This document shows positions 35,188-44,999 of a stretch of DNA of 64,000 nucleotides, piece by piece (position 1 is the first letter of the stretch; every line of letters begins with the position of its first letter). A program made the position numbers and the translations under genes. The DNA is from Eledone cirrhosa (taxonomy: Eukaryota): assembly GCA_964016885.1 (NCBI GenBank), contig OZ024761.1:16182001-16246000 (forward strand), given 5' to 3'. A model generated the notes under the pieces. It was not told where the DNA came from and searched no databases. It saw only the letters and a list, made by a program, of their open reading frames with translations.

Positions 35188-37328
35188 AGATCAAAAGATG
35201 GTTAAAAGAGTTCCATGTATTTTATTATGCGCATATACTTGCGTTCACATCAGATAAAATAGGGAGACATGATATGAAGTTTAAAAAACACTTGCGAGCA
35301 GTGAAGTGTTAAATCTACATATACTCCAGTCCTATAAACCGTTGAGTGCTACTTATCTGATATTTGCATTGCTTTATTGTGCTACAATAAAACTCACCTC
35401 CTACATATATATATATATGGTTAGAGCATTGGCCTTGCAATCGAAAGGTTGTGAGTTCAATTCTCAGACCGGGTGATGTGTTGTTTCCTTGAGCAAGATG
35501 CTTTATTTCACATTGCTCCAGTTTACTCAGCTGTAGAAATGAGATGATATGGACTGGGGTCCCTATCATTCCACTGCAAAGTGGTCGTGTAGGCACCACG
35601 GAAAAAAAGCACCCACCACTCACTGTAAATGAGGTTGGTGGTAGGAAGGGCATCCAGCTGTAGAAATCAAGCCAGAATCAGTTCCTGTCCCACCCTTGCA
35701 AGCAGGGAAAAGCAGACGTAAAATGATGATGATGATATATGTATAGTAAATATAAATGTGAAGACTAAAGTCTGTAGAAAGCTCGATAAGGATTATATAT
35801 ATATATATATATATATATAAATATATATATATATAGAGAGAGAGAGAGAAAAACCTGTAGAACAAATATTTATTATAAGAACAGTTTAAAGTTCAAGCAA
35901 AGAATCTTTGCTTTAATCTGTTCTTATAATATATATATCATCATCATCATCGTTTAACGTCCATCTTCCATGCTAGCATGGGTCTGGACGGGAATTTTTC
36001 CACTTGAGACAAGATTGGTTGTCTTGCTCAGGACTGTCTGGCGGGTTTTCTACGGCTGGATGCCCTTCCTAACACCAACCACGTTTACAGTGTGGACTGG
36101 GAGGTTTTTACCGTGTTACCTACACGGCCACATTATAGCATGGACTGTGTGTTTTTTTGTCGTGAAACCTACACGACCTCATTTGTTTTGGACTGGATGT
36201 TGTGGTACCAACATAACTTTACACCGAAAGGGGTGGTGTAGATGGCGGTAAGGGTAGTGGGACGGGGGTGTATTTTGGTTAAGAGGTGCCTACTGACTGT
36301 AGGTTTCGCTTTGTACTTAGGCAAGGTGGGTCTTCTGTATTACTACGTAGCGCCAAAGATCTCGGTCCAGTGACATTGTCTTGTGACATTGTCTTGGAGA
36401 GGTGTAAGTGTGTGAGGTTGGATTTTATCAAGTCATCCCAGGTTTTTCTGTGTCTGCCTACTCCGTAGCTACCGTCTATTTTGATCGCCCTGCACTTTTT
36501 TATACAGCTGTCATCTTTCATGCGCATCACGTGACCATACCAACGTAGTCTTCTCTCGAGTAAACAGCATCTGATCCCTCTTATTCCTAATTTCTCACTT
36601 AGTTCATTTATGCTTTGCCGTTTGCGTATATTACTATTAGACATCCAACGGAGCATGCAAGCATGCATATATATATATATATATATATATGCAAGCATGC
36701 ATATATATATATATATACTTCATTTTTGAATATGTTTTGCAATATTTCTTATTTGAAAATGTGTGTTGAAATGTCTGATGTGTTTAATGAAATGTTTGGT
36801 ATGTTTGATGAAATCTATGTTTGATGAAATGTTTGGTATGTTTGATGAAATCTATGATATGTTTGATGAAATGTTTGGTATGTTTGATGAAATGCCTGAT
36901 ATGTTTGATGAACTTTTTATTTGACAGGAGCCATCGGTGATGTTGATGGAGATGACCAGCCCGATTACATCAGCTTGAACAATCTAGCCACAGTTATGTA
37001 CACCTCAATAGCAACAGAGATCTTACAAAACGTCACCCTACACAAGAGAGCGCTATCATCTGCTGTCAACATCCACGCACAGGTGCCACTCAAGGTCTTC
37101 TCATCGCTGCCAAACAACAACAACGGAAAGGAGAGTGAACAGCAGGCTGAGAAGGGGCTCAAGTTTGAGCCACAGCAGGAGCAAGTGTGGACCGAGTATT
37201 TGGGCTCTAAACAGACAGGGGTGTATCGAAGGCAGCATCTGAGTGATGGGGGCAACACAATGTCGAGACGCAGCCGCATTCTCTACTATCTGGTCGTCTT
37301 CTTCACCATGCTGGTTGTTCTTCTTTGA
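12802..37328 (+). CDS. FAM234B: FAM234-family (FAM234B/KIAA1467-, ITFG3-like) type II membrane FG-GAP beta-propeller protein; spliced gene span, 14 coding exons, 739 aa
   Basis: Manually joined exons sum to 2220 nt with consistent phases and GT-AG introns. N-terminus YAPLRQNISDDDDDDEDKILF resembles FAM234B YDPLTQADSDESEDDLVL as I recall it. TM helix WCILIAITLIIIFATAGYMFMP; repeated DxD/NxDG loops (DVDKDGQLD, DADHDGLHD, DVNQDNIDD, DVHNDGVMD, DVDGDDQPD); PAPGYFNNDAYLDFML resembles FAM234B PTPGYFTDDQTLDFLL. The symbol is a family-level call (probably co-orthologous to FAM234A/B). Confidence 0.85.
13660..13920 (-). mobile_element. tRNA-derived SINE (third family, V-domain-like)
   Basis: Minus strand tRNA-like head (GGTCAAGTGGTAAG...GGTTCGATTCC), TTCTTGAGCAAAAGAC, AACCCTGCGATGGACTGG body. 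Confidence 0.6.
15070..15456 (+). mobile_element. piggyBac-like MITE interrupted by a family-B SINE
   Basis: TTAA|TCCTTTAG...CTAAAGGG|TTAA. The SINE at 15244-15424 is flanked by the 17-bp TSD AGTAAATATAGAATAAT. Confidence 0.7.
15564..15935 (+). CDS. FAM234B: FAM234-like exon 2 (cytoplasmic tail + TM helix)
   Basis: Polypyrimidine tract + CAG acceptor; open frame NSRDNHAYAPLRQNISDDDDDDEDKILF...WCILIAITLIIIFATAGYMFMP...WSHSFGNY; GTAAGG donor at 15936. Confidence 0.88.
16113..16790. repeat. 37/40-bp intronic minisatellite
   Basis: Unit CCCACATTTCATA(TTA)TCTCYAMCCCCTYAACTRACCAYT repeated ~17 times. Confidence 0.9.
16832..16960 (+). CDS. FAM234B: FAM234-like exon 3
   Basis: CCAG acceptor; SDSCIRLVDVDKDGQLDILVSLTTPDYENGNTTNLKESCNAK; GTGAGT donor. 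Not in the ORF track. Confidence 0.9.
17147..17517 (-). mobile_element. SINE family A, full length, antisense in intron 3
   Basis: Reverse complement of the 24098-24424 element with one extra subrepeat. Confidence 0.85.
17700..18145. repeat. (CTT)n/(CCT)n polypyrimidine microsatellite
   Basis: Seen directly; a similar tract is at 24880-25170. Confidence 0.95.
18410..18601 (+). CDS. FAM234B: FAM234-like exon 4
   Basis: CAG acceptor; LPYPCAGQLLAIRGRDGQQLWEL...ELDADHDGLHDCLISGYHATLQAINPRS; GTAAGT donor. Confidence 0.92.
20520..20662 (+). CDS. FAM234B: FAM234-like exon 5
   Basis: Uncommon GAG acceptor; VVIWSADSKYLIDHWHIYQVLVVPDVNQDNIDDVLILHSHYCWDDDF; GTGAGT donor. Confidence 0.85.
20812..21029 (+). 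mobile_element. piggyBac-like MITE nested in a SINE
   Basis: TTAA|CCCTTTAATGTTCA...TGAATGCTAAAGGG|TTAA. The host SINE reads through as GCTACAG-TTAA-CTCAGTTATAGAAATGAG. Other copies at 34085-34305, ~57650-57846 and 62948-63167. Confidence 0.8.
22289..22466 (+). CDS. FAM234B: FAM234-like exon 6
   Basis: TTGCAG acceptor; SSSEDAGRFLLFSGATGQSLGTFV...NILFSGGQQPLP; GTATTT donor. Confidence 0.88.
23069..23104 (-). ncRNA. Minimal hammerhead ribozyme, decayed second copy of the 538-573 family
   Basis: Minus strand TCTT CTGATGA A GGAC-TAGT-GTCT GAAA CA TA AAGA. Flanks (~22985-23125) are homologous to ~455-590. Confidence 0.55.
24098..24424 (+). mobile_element. SINE family A, full length (reference copy)
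   Basis: GGAGGCACATGGCTTAGTGGTTAGAGC (A box)...GAGTTCAATTC (B box), V-like TTCCTTGAGCAAGACAC, hairpin, GGAAGGGCATCCAGC, RTE-type tail. Near-identical copies at 34580-34911, 35418-35735, 43662-43999, 50778-51120, 51420-51752 (-) and 56207-56555. Confidence 0.9.
24539..24629 (+). CDS. FAM234B: FAM234-like exon 7
   Basis: CACAG acceptor; ALHHIHWDVLRKQILDPKVEQITDIKTIY; GTAAGT donor. Phases 1 to 2 fit the neighbouring exons. Confidence 0.85.
25239..25403 (+). CDS. FAM234B: FAM234-like exon 8
   Basis: CCCAG acceptor; NLTKGFGAPPVIADVHNDGVMDILVNAFDGNLILYDSRTFKVKWKINFDGYESF; GTGAGT donor. Confidence 0.92.
25672..26253. repeat. 72-74-bp minisatellite, ~8 copies
   Basis: Unit TGGTACAYATTACTGTCAGAAGCTCCTGTC...TGTTATTGTRYATCTGGCACCAYCTATA. 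Confidence 0.9.
26720..27195. repeat. 40-bp minisatellite, ~12 copies
   Basis: Unit TAATACATACATCTAGGACCACATACAACACATAAGCAGG. Confidence 0.92.
27195..27627 (+). mobile_element. hAT (Buster/Charlie, ZBED5/SCAND3-like) transposase fragment
   Basis: CAMDDARAMVGQHKGF, then a frameshift to HCVIHRQHLAAKKLS...RIFRQLC...LLLHNEVRWLSKG (CxxH and RW motifs of hAT transposases). Confidence 0.88.
27769..27862 (+). CDS. FAM234B: FAM234-like exon 9
   Basis: (CT)n + TTCAG acceptor; IPAPGYFNNDAYLDFMLHLNYGTYPAYTHSM; GTAGGT donor. Confidence 0.92.
28033..28865. repeat. 38-bp minisatellite, ~22 highly homogeneous copies
   Basis: Unit CTCTTYACTCCCTAGTGYTGGTGTCATGGTGAAATACC; no variable spacers. Confidence 0.95.
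29450..29644 (+). CDS. FAM234B: FAM234-like exon 10
   Basis: TAG acceptor after a pyrimidine tract; VVVVSGKDGAVLWKIASSFPSFNSDLTLQMVEHQRDMFVFKVFDREG...GRKY; GTAAGT donor. Confidence 0.9.
29655..30320. repeat. Composite minisatellite CACCTTATTCTATCACC(CT)n filling intron 10
   Basis: Seen directly; unit length varies with the (CT)n run. Confidence 0.92.
30337..30370 (+). CDS. FAM234B: FAM234-like exon 11 (34-nt small exon)
   Basis: TTGTAG acceptor, LFNNSEIPSAS, GTAAGT donor. Needed to convert phase 0 (end of exon 10) to phase 1 (start of exon 12). Confidence 0.7.
31021..32291 (+). mobile_element. 5'-truncated RTE-clade LINE with PHD-type zinc finger, 3' UTR and (GAT)n tail
   Basis: GLKINLSKTK; CSVC...CPKC..WVHKRC...CGRC; FRYLG; LHGSETW; RRLRWYG; GRPRKTW. 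One frameshift near 31470 and one in-frame TGA; ORF ends at 31915. Confidence 0.92.
33200..33343 (+). CDS. FAM234B: FAM234-like exon 12
   Basis: TTTATAG acceptor; TDFHISYSNRYFRVCSVDNLSSLTEEVFLMDRSNMDRPYLLADNKHY; GTGAGT donor. Not in the ORF track. Confidence 0.8.
34460..34525 (+). CDS. FAM234B: FAM234-like exon 13
   Basis: AATAG acceptor; FPNSTSGQRLCIVVKRFGRGT; CAG|GTAAGT donor. Joins in frame to GAIGDVDGD. Confidence 0.8.
35939..36665 (-). mobile_element. Same RTE LINE family, shorter 3' copy in opposite orientation
   Basis: ACMLRWMSNSNIRKRQSINELSEKLGIRGIRCCLLERRLRWYGHVMRMKDDSCIKKC...; 3' UTR matches 31916-32291. Confidence 0.92.
36928..37328 (+). CDS. FAM234B: FAM234-like terminal coding exon 14
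   Basis: TTGACAG acceptor; AIGDVDGDDQPDYISL...WTEYLGSKQTGVY...ILYYLVVFFTMLVVLL-stop. Confidence 0.9.
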
Positions 37329-37839
37329 GGGGTGAGGGTAGGGTCGGGTATGGGGTGTTAAGTTATTGTTTTTGTTTCTGTTAATTTTTCAACCCTTTCC
37401 TTGCCATATTTCTAATGAAAAACACTGCCTATGGATTTTTTTCCAAATAATTTTGAAAATAATCAAAAATTTGGAGGGATTTAGTAGTATAACTAACTTT
37501 CACATTATTAAGATGGTGTTTGGAACATAACAAAGAATCTCAACATATAAGATTATGATGGATTGAGAAATATAATTTAACACTTTCCTTGCCATACTTC
37601 TAATGAAAGTCATTAACTATGATTTTCAAATAATTTTTTAAATAATCAAGAATTTGGAGGGATTTAGTAAAATAAATAACATTCTCATTGTGTTTGAAGC
37701 CTAACTGAAATGTGTTTAGAGCCTAACTTAAAAGGTTCTTACATAAAATTATGATGGAAGGTTTTTAGATAAATATAAACACTTTAACCCTTTTGGTTTT
37801 GTATAGTAGAACCATTAGTTTTAGTTAAAACTGTTTATA

Positions 37840-38023
37840 CAGTGAAATTCTGTTATATCAATATTCACGGGGTATAAAAATTCTTTATAATGAGATCGAA
37901 CAAAACAAATCAAGCATTTTTTTGTTATTACCCCGGGGATTGAAAAAAACTTTGTTATACTGAAAAATTTGTTATAATGAAAAATTCGTTATAATGGTAT
38001 TCGTTATAACGGAATTTTACCTG
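37840..38023. mobile_element. Tc1/mariner-pogo type MITE
   Basis: TA|CAGTGAAATTCTGTTATA ... TATAACGGAATTTTACCTG|TA: imperfect TIRs with a TA target duplication. Confidence 0.7.
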
Positions 38024-38554
38024 TACTTGACTAACCTTTATAACTTACTTTCTCATTATTTATCTGGTGTTTCGAACATAACTTAACAAAGGCTCTTGCA
38101 TAAAATTATAATGGAAGGTTTTTAGATAGATGTAAACACTAAACTTTTTGTTACCATATTTCCGATGAAAGACACTATCTGTGATTTTCAAATAATTTTG
38201 AAAATGATCAAGAATTTAGAGTGATTGAGCTGGTGTTTGGAACATAACATAACAAAAGTTCCTACATGAAATTATGCAGGAAGTTCTTTAGAGGAATATA
38301 AACACTTTTAAAGTTTTATATCTTAGAATTTGAGGCTGTTTGGTATCAAAAGGGTTAAGAAAATGTCCAATTTCTTCCTAGTTGTTTGTTTAAGGAAATA
38401 CTTTTTGTTTCATATTTTCTTTTTATATTTACTTTGATGTTTTTTTATCTTTTAGTTGTTGATTTTTGTCTTTTTTTTTTCAAATATTTTTGTTAAAGTA
38501 TATATATATATGTATATATATATAAGGAAGAACATCCGGCCGTATATATGTATG

Positions 38555-38641
<87 letters not shown>

Positions 38642-38688
38642 TATTTATGTTGATTTTTGTCTTTTTTTTTTCAAATATTTTTGTTAAA

Positions 38689-38732
<44 letters not shown>

Positions 38733-38890
38733 AAGGACATCCAGCCGTATATATGTATGTATGTGTATATATATATATATGTTGTTTATTTATGTTCAAG
38801 GCTCAATATTAACCATATCTCCAGATTGTAAGAGGGATCAAATTTTTGTCCTAAGGTTCTGTTAAATATATGTATATATAAATATATACA

Positions 38891-38924
<34 letters not shown>

Positions 38925-38929
38925 CAACC

Positions 38930-39490
38930 TGTCTCATGGTCGGGTCGTTGGCGACTAAACTGGCAACCCCACCAAGGTTTCTTGGTAAGGAGGGTGACTT
39001 TAGACATCCTGCAGGTCTAAAAGCAAAACCTGTCAAAGGGCAAAGGAGCTCTTAAGAGTCAATGGCCATCCAAAATCACCGGGAGAGATGACCCCTTAGC
39101 CTTTGTCAAGGCAGAATTCTAGGAGAAGGAAAACTCTGATATAACACCTGCAACCCTGATGGTATCCAATGATGTTGACTTGTTCTTCTTTTTGGTAAAT
39201 ATCATCTTGGTTAAGAGAGTGGGACTGGCTTTGTGCAGTGCCTTTGCTCACTATTTAAGCTTCACGGCACAGGCATTGCTTTATATCTGGAGATCTCTCT
39301 GCACTTACCGTCACATGGTACCATGGGCCCAGCACTATGTGTCAATAATTGTCACAAGTGTAGTGTTTGTACCAGAGTTTTCAAGTCGCTGGCTGGACTA
39401 AAAAGTCACACTCGTTCAGCGCATCGGTAGGAGTTCTCCTACATGGATATAAAGTAGTGGCCATACTCGAAAACGAGTTGGCAGCCACCA
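38930..39490 (+). mobile_element. Internally deleted (bipartite) non-autonomous RTE element
   Basis: RTE-5'UTR-like CTAGGAGAAGGAAAACTCTGAT, followed by the C-terminal C2H2 remnant CSVCTRVFKSLAGLKSHTRSAHR* and the tail TGGCCATACTCG..AACGAG..GGCAGCCA. Related copy at ~9222-9475. Confidence 0.55.
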
Positions 39491-39665
39491 CATATATATA
39501 TATATATATATATGTTCCAAAGAGATTGTTTTGGTAAAAGCACGAGAAAGCTCTCTCAGCAATCGCAGTTTTTAGTTATGATGGAGATTTTTATAAAAAT
39601 AACAAATAAAATGCTGATGTAACATAATGATTAAGCAATTTATGTAACATCACCATTTTATTTTG

Positions 39666-39707
<42 letters not shown>

Positions 39708-40635
39708 ATATATATAAAATTTAAAAGTGGAATTAAGGACTCACAATCATCCCCTATAATTTAATGAGCTCAAGGAACAGATTCAGGGCTCTTTATAAAT
39801 CAGCATATAGAGAGAAGTACACATTGAAATATGTGTTCAATCATAGTGGATTTAAAACCACCAGTGGGCTCAGGCGTATATATATATATATATATATTTA
39901 TTTTTTTTATTTTTTGTTTGTTTTTTTTTGTTTTTTTTTGTTGGGTTTTTCCTTTTTCAAACAAAACAAAACAATTTTTGTTATGTTATTAATTTGTTTT
40001 TGAATTTTATTTTATGAATTATCTTGTTTGCTTTTTTTTTACTTTAAGAAATTTTATTTTTCTTCCTTTTTTTCCCCCCTAAATGTTATTAACACAGTAT
40101 ATTTTTATACAGCAACTTTTTAAAGAGATCTGTATGTGGTGTGTGTGTAAGGAGATACTATGTATGTGTGTGTGTGTATGTATGTACTACATATGTATGT
40201 ACTATGTATGTATGAACTATGTACGTGTGTGTGTACATATGTATGTATGCATGTATATACGATGTATGTATGTACTATGTATGTGCGTGTATGTATATGT
40301 ATGTACAATGTATGTCCTATGTATGTATGTACAATGTATGTACTATGTATGTACTATGTTTGTGTGCATAGTTATGTATATGTGAGTATGTTTACCTGTG
40401 TGTGTATAGATGTATATATGTGTAAATGCGTGTCTATGTATGTATGTATGTATATATGTGTAAATGTGTGTCTATGTATGTATGTGTAAATGTGTGTGTG
40501 TATGTATGTATATATCTGTATGTATATGAATGTATATGTGTATATATATATATATATATACATATATGTAAGCAAAAATATATGATGGAGAAAACAAGAC
40601 TCTTAAGAACAAATTGTTTCATATATATATGTATT

Positions 40636-40669
<34 letters not shown>

Positions 40670-42197
40670 AATTGTCCGTCCAAACCCATGCAAGCGTGGA
40701 AGATGGACATTAAACGATGATGATGATGATGATGATGATATATATATATATATGTGTGTGTGTGTAAATGAGTATATACTGAAATCTTTCACTATACAAC
40801 CATCACATCAACCATTCTCATTTCTGGGCTCTTCTTCCTCTTCTGTCATAGAAAAAACAATCTTTGCTATATTGTTTCTGGTGATGGCTTCTCTCTAACT
40901 CCTCCTCCTCTCCTTCTTCTCCTTCTTCTTCTTCTTCCTCTTTGTGCTTTGTCTCTTCCCCTCCTTTTCGTGATCATATAATCCTCACCCCGTAATTCTC
41001 CACCACTATCACTATTCCACCAACATATCTCCACTTCCCACCGTGTAATTCTTCACCATTCCACCAACAGACCCCTCCACCCACCCTTGTAAATCTCACC
41101 ATCCACCCGTGCCCCCCCCCCCCCAATCCACCTTGACCTTCTCTGCAGTTATTTTAACAATGTTGTCAGAAAAAAAAAACCCATTTAATGCCTTCCTCCT
41201 GAGTTTACTGGTTCCATCTTCCATTTATCGCTCGCTGTTTCTTTCTCACCACCACCGCCGCCGCCATCATCACTACAGCTAGGTGACTCTCCCTACCAAC
41301 ACCACTACCACCACCATCATGACAGGTAACTGAACCCCCACTCCACCCCCACCCTGTGTACTACATACAAGAAGGAACTGTAACTTCTGATAGCACCCCT
41401 CCCTCAATTGTAATTGGTCACCTGTTGCTCTCCCCCTGGGGAGGGAGTGGACACAATTCTGGGTAGGGTGCAATGCATTGGCAGAGGTGTTAGAGTGTTG
41501 GACAAATGCTTAGCAATGTTTGCTCCAGCTCCTTATGTCCTCAGTTCAAATCTTGCCCGAGTCAACTTTACATCACATCCTTTCGAAGTCGATAAAAAAA
41601 AGTACCAGTCGAGTATTAGGGATGATTCTTCCTCTTTATATCTTCCTCTCTTTTTCTCTCTATCACACTCACTTTCTCCTTCTCTTCTCTGGAAAGAATC
41701 AGTTGTGGTTCAGACCTGGAGAGGGGATAGGTTCCACTAGGAGTTATGGGTTCTTAAGGTCAAGAGTATATGGGAGAGGGTGGAGCTAGGCTTATTACGT
41801 AATGGGGTCATAGTCGCTGCAGATAATAATACCTTTGGCTTTATTATATAGAAACTATGTAATATGACAGCTGCAGCTTCATAATACCAGTCTTCCCTAT
41901 TGGGTATATCTGGTTGCCATTCCATCTTTGGTATTTGCTAAGGGTGAATAGACATATATATATATATATATATATCTATCTATCTAAGGCGGGTAAAATT
42001 CCCGAGATCCATGGACGAGTTCTCTCCAGCGGTCTCTGTCCCTCATTATCACTGCCATGTCCTGCGTCTCCAACAGACCAGTGTCTGTCCTTAGGGCATC
42101 AACATACGTTAACCTTGGTCTTCCTCTTCTAGTGTGTCCATGTAGGGGCTCCCAAAGGAGTACTGAGTGCAATGTCAACTCTGGATGTCGGTTAGCT

Positions 42198-42277
<80 letters not shown>

Positions 42278-44090
42278 TGCCCCTTCGTTATTGAGTATGG
42301 CCATTGCACGAAAAAAACAACATAATAACGACAATAATAATAATTAAAAAAAAATTTATATATATATATATATATACACAGACACACATATACATATCTA
42401 TATATACATATACACATAAACACACACAATCAGAATTAACGGTGCTGCGATCGAATGTGGCTTTTTAGCCCAGCCAATGATCTAAAATGTCTTGCACAGA
42501 GTCGGCAACCAAAACATTCACTGGGAATAGCCAGCCCTTCCTAATGCCAACCACATTTACAGTGGGTATTGGGTGCTTTTTTGTCGGAACACCTACACAA
42601 TAAAACCATAATGATGTTCCACGCTGCCCTTCATCCAGGAAGACCACAATAAAAACCTTTTTAATGATGTTCCATACTGCCCTTCATCTGTGGTGGGCCA
42701 CAATAAAACCCTAATGGTGTTTCACCCTGCCCTTCATCTATGGATGGGGGTCACAATAGGTCCCTAATGGTGTTCTACACTGCCCTTCATCTATGGGTGG
42801 GTGAAGGTCACAATAAAACCTTCATCTAATTAGAATTGTTTGTATTAATGTATTTTGGAATATCTGAATGTAGCACAGTTGACTGGTTAAGAGGTTGACT
42901 TCGCAATTATTGGGTCCCAGGTTTGATCCCAATGTATGGCATCTTGGCTATGTGTCATTTACCATAGCTTCAGCGCGACCCATGTCTTATGAGTGATATT
43001 GGGTAGATGGAGACTGTTTGGAAGTCCGGATGGACTGTATCTGTAATTGAAAGGGGCCAAATTTGTCACACAGTCTTGAATCTCCTTGAGAACTATGTGA
43101 AGCTTACACATGTCTGTGGAATGCTCAGCCAATTACACCATAAAGGATGGACTGTACCTGTAATTCAAGGGCCAACCTTGTCACAAACTGAGTCATGCTG
43201 AATCTCCCTGAGAATTGCTTTGAGGAATATGTTGTTATCCATGAATATGCATATATGCATGTGTTTGTGTATATATATATATGTATGTAGATATCTATGT
43301 GTGTAGATGGCTATGCATGTATATGTGTGTGTAGATAGCTATGTGTGTATATATGTATATAGATACCTGTGTGTAGACAGCTATGTGTGTATGTAGACAG
43401 CTATGTGTCTATTTAGAGATGCATGCAGATTTGTATGTATTCATTTAGGAGTGTTAAGCTGGAACATAGACTGTTTTGTGGTATTCCTTCCAGTTCCCTG
43501 CAAACTGTGTTGAAATCCCTGAGGTCAACTTTGCCTTTCATTCATTCGAAGTCGATAAAAAAAAAAATGTATCAGTCCAGTACTGGGGTTGTCTCTTTCT
43601 CTATATTTCTTTATTATCCTCGCTCTCACTCTATATACATACACTCTATATACATACAGATGGAGTCACATGGCTTAGTGGTTAGAGCATTGGCCTTGCA
43701 ATCGAAAGGTTGTGAGTTCAATCCTCAGGCCGGGTGATGTGTTGTTTCCTTGAGCAAGACACTTTATTTCACATTGCTCCAGTTTACTCAGCTGTAGAAA
43801 TGAGATGATAGGACTGGTGTCCATATCATTCCACTGCAGAGTGGTTGTGGAGGTGCCACGGAAAAAAAGCACCCAGCACTCACTGTAAATGAGGTTGGTG
43901 TTAGGAAGGGCATCGAGCTGTAGAAATCAAGCCAGAATCAGTTCCCGTCCCACCCTTGCAAGCAGGGAAAAGCGGACGTAAAAAATGATGATGATGATGA
44001 CCACAAAAACACTCCTTGTTTTCAAATACTTATAATATGAAAACTTAAATGAATATTTTTACAATATTGGAGTGTTTTGTGGTCACCCTG

Positions 44091-44123
<33 letters not shown>

Positions 44124-44621
44124 TTTTTCCCCTCGCTGTGGTTTGTATTTTTTCTATCACCTTACTGCTATCCTCTTTCTCTCACCCCCTTCTCTCTCCT
44201 TGTACCTCTTGCTTTCATTCACCCCCCCTCTGCTGATCACACACTCTCTCGGCTGGCCTCTTCCTCACACTTTCACTCACTCACTCTCTGCTACTCCCCC
44301 TCTCTCACTTCCTCCCGTCTGACCTGTGTGAAATCCTTTTCTCTCTCACTTTTCGCGTGGTTCGGACGTGTCTGCCTCTTCTTGTTGATTGATTTGTTCG
44401 GACTTAAGTCCACAAGTTTCATTGACTTGTCTCTCTTTACGTTGCATTACTACCATGTTGTTTGTTTACTTTCCCCTTCCAATTCGCTCTGTCCCGATAA
44501 CTTATTTTAGTTATCGCTCGCACTGATTTTGAGGTATCTGGTCTTTAATGCGAGGAAATACCAATGATAATCAGCAGACCACTGATGATGGACAGTCCCA
44601 TTTCTCGGTCTATTTTCTTTC

Positions 44622-44668
<47 letters not shown>

Positions 44669-44999
44669 AAATCAGCTGTGTTCAGACCTGGAAAGGAAAT
44701 GGGTTCCATCAGGAGTTACGACTCCATACATACATTCAGGGACATATGTAGATAGCTATGTGTGTGTGTGTGTGTGTGTGTATGAGACAATAAGGAACAA
44801 AGAGAGAGAGAGAGAGATATGGCCAAGGAACAATACTAACCACTGATGTAATATATTTAAGTATTACATTTGTATATCTTCATTTTCATTGTTGTTATAT
44901 AATACATGTATATACCAGAGTTGTTAATGAGAACTAATTAAAATCTTTTGAAAAAAGCTTTCGTTTCTTTGGGGTTTTTCTTTTTCATTACCTTTCATT

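Noticed and set aside
38446-38795. ~190-bp local duplication downstream of the gene
   Set aside because: Simple slippage or unequal exchange between (TA)n arrays, or an assembly artefact.
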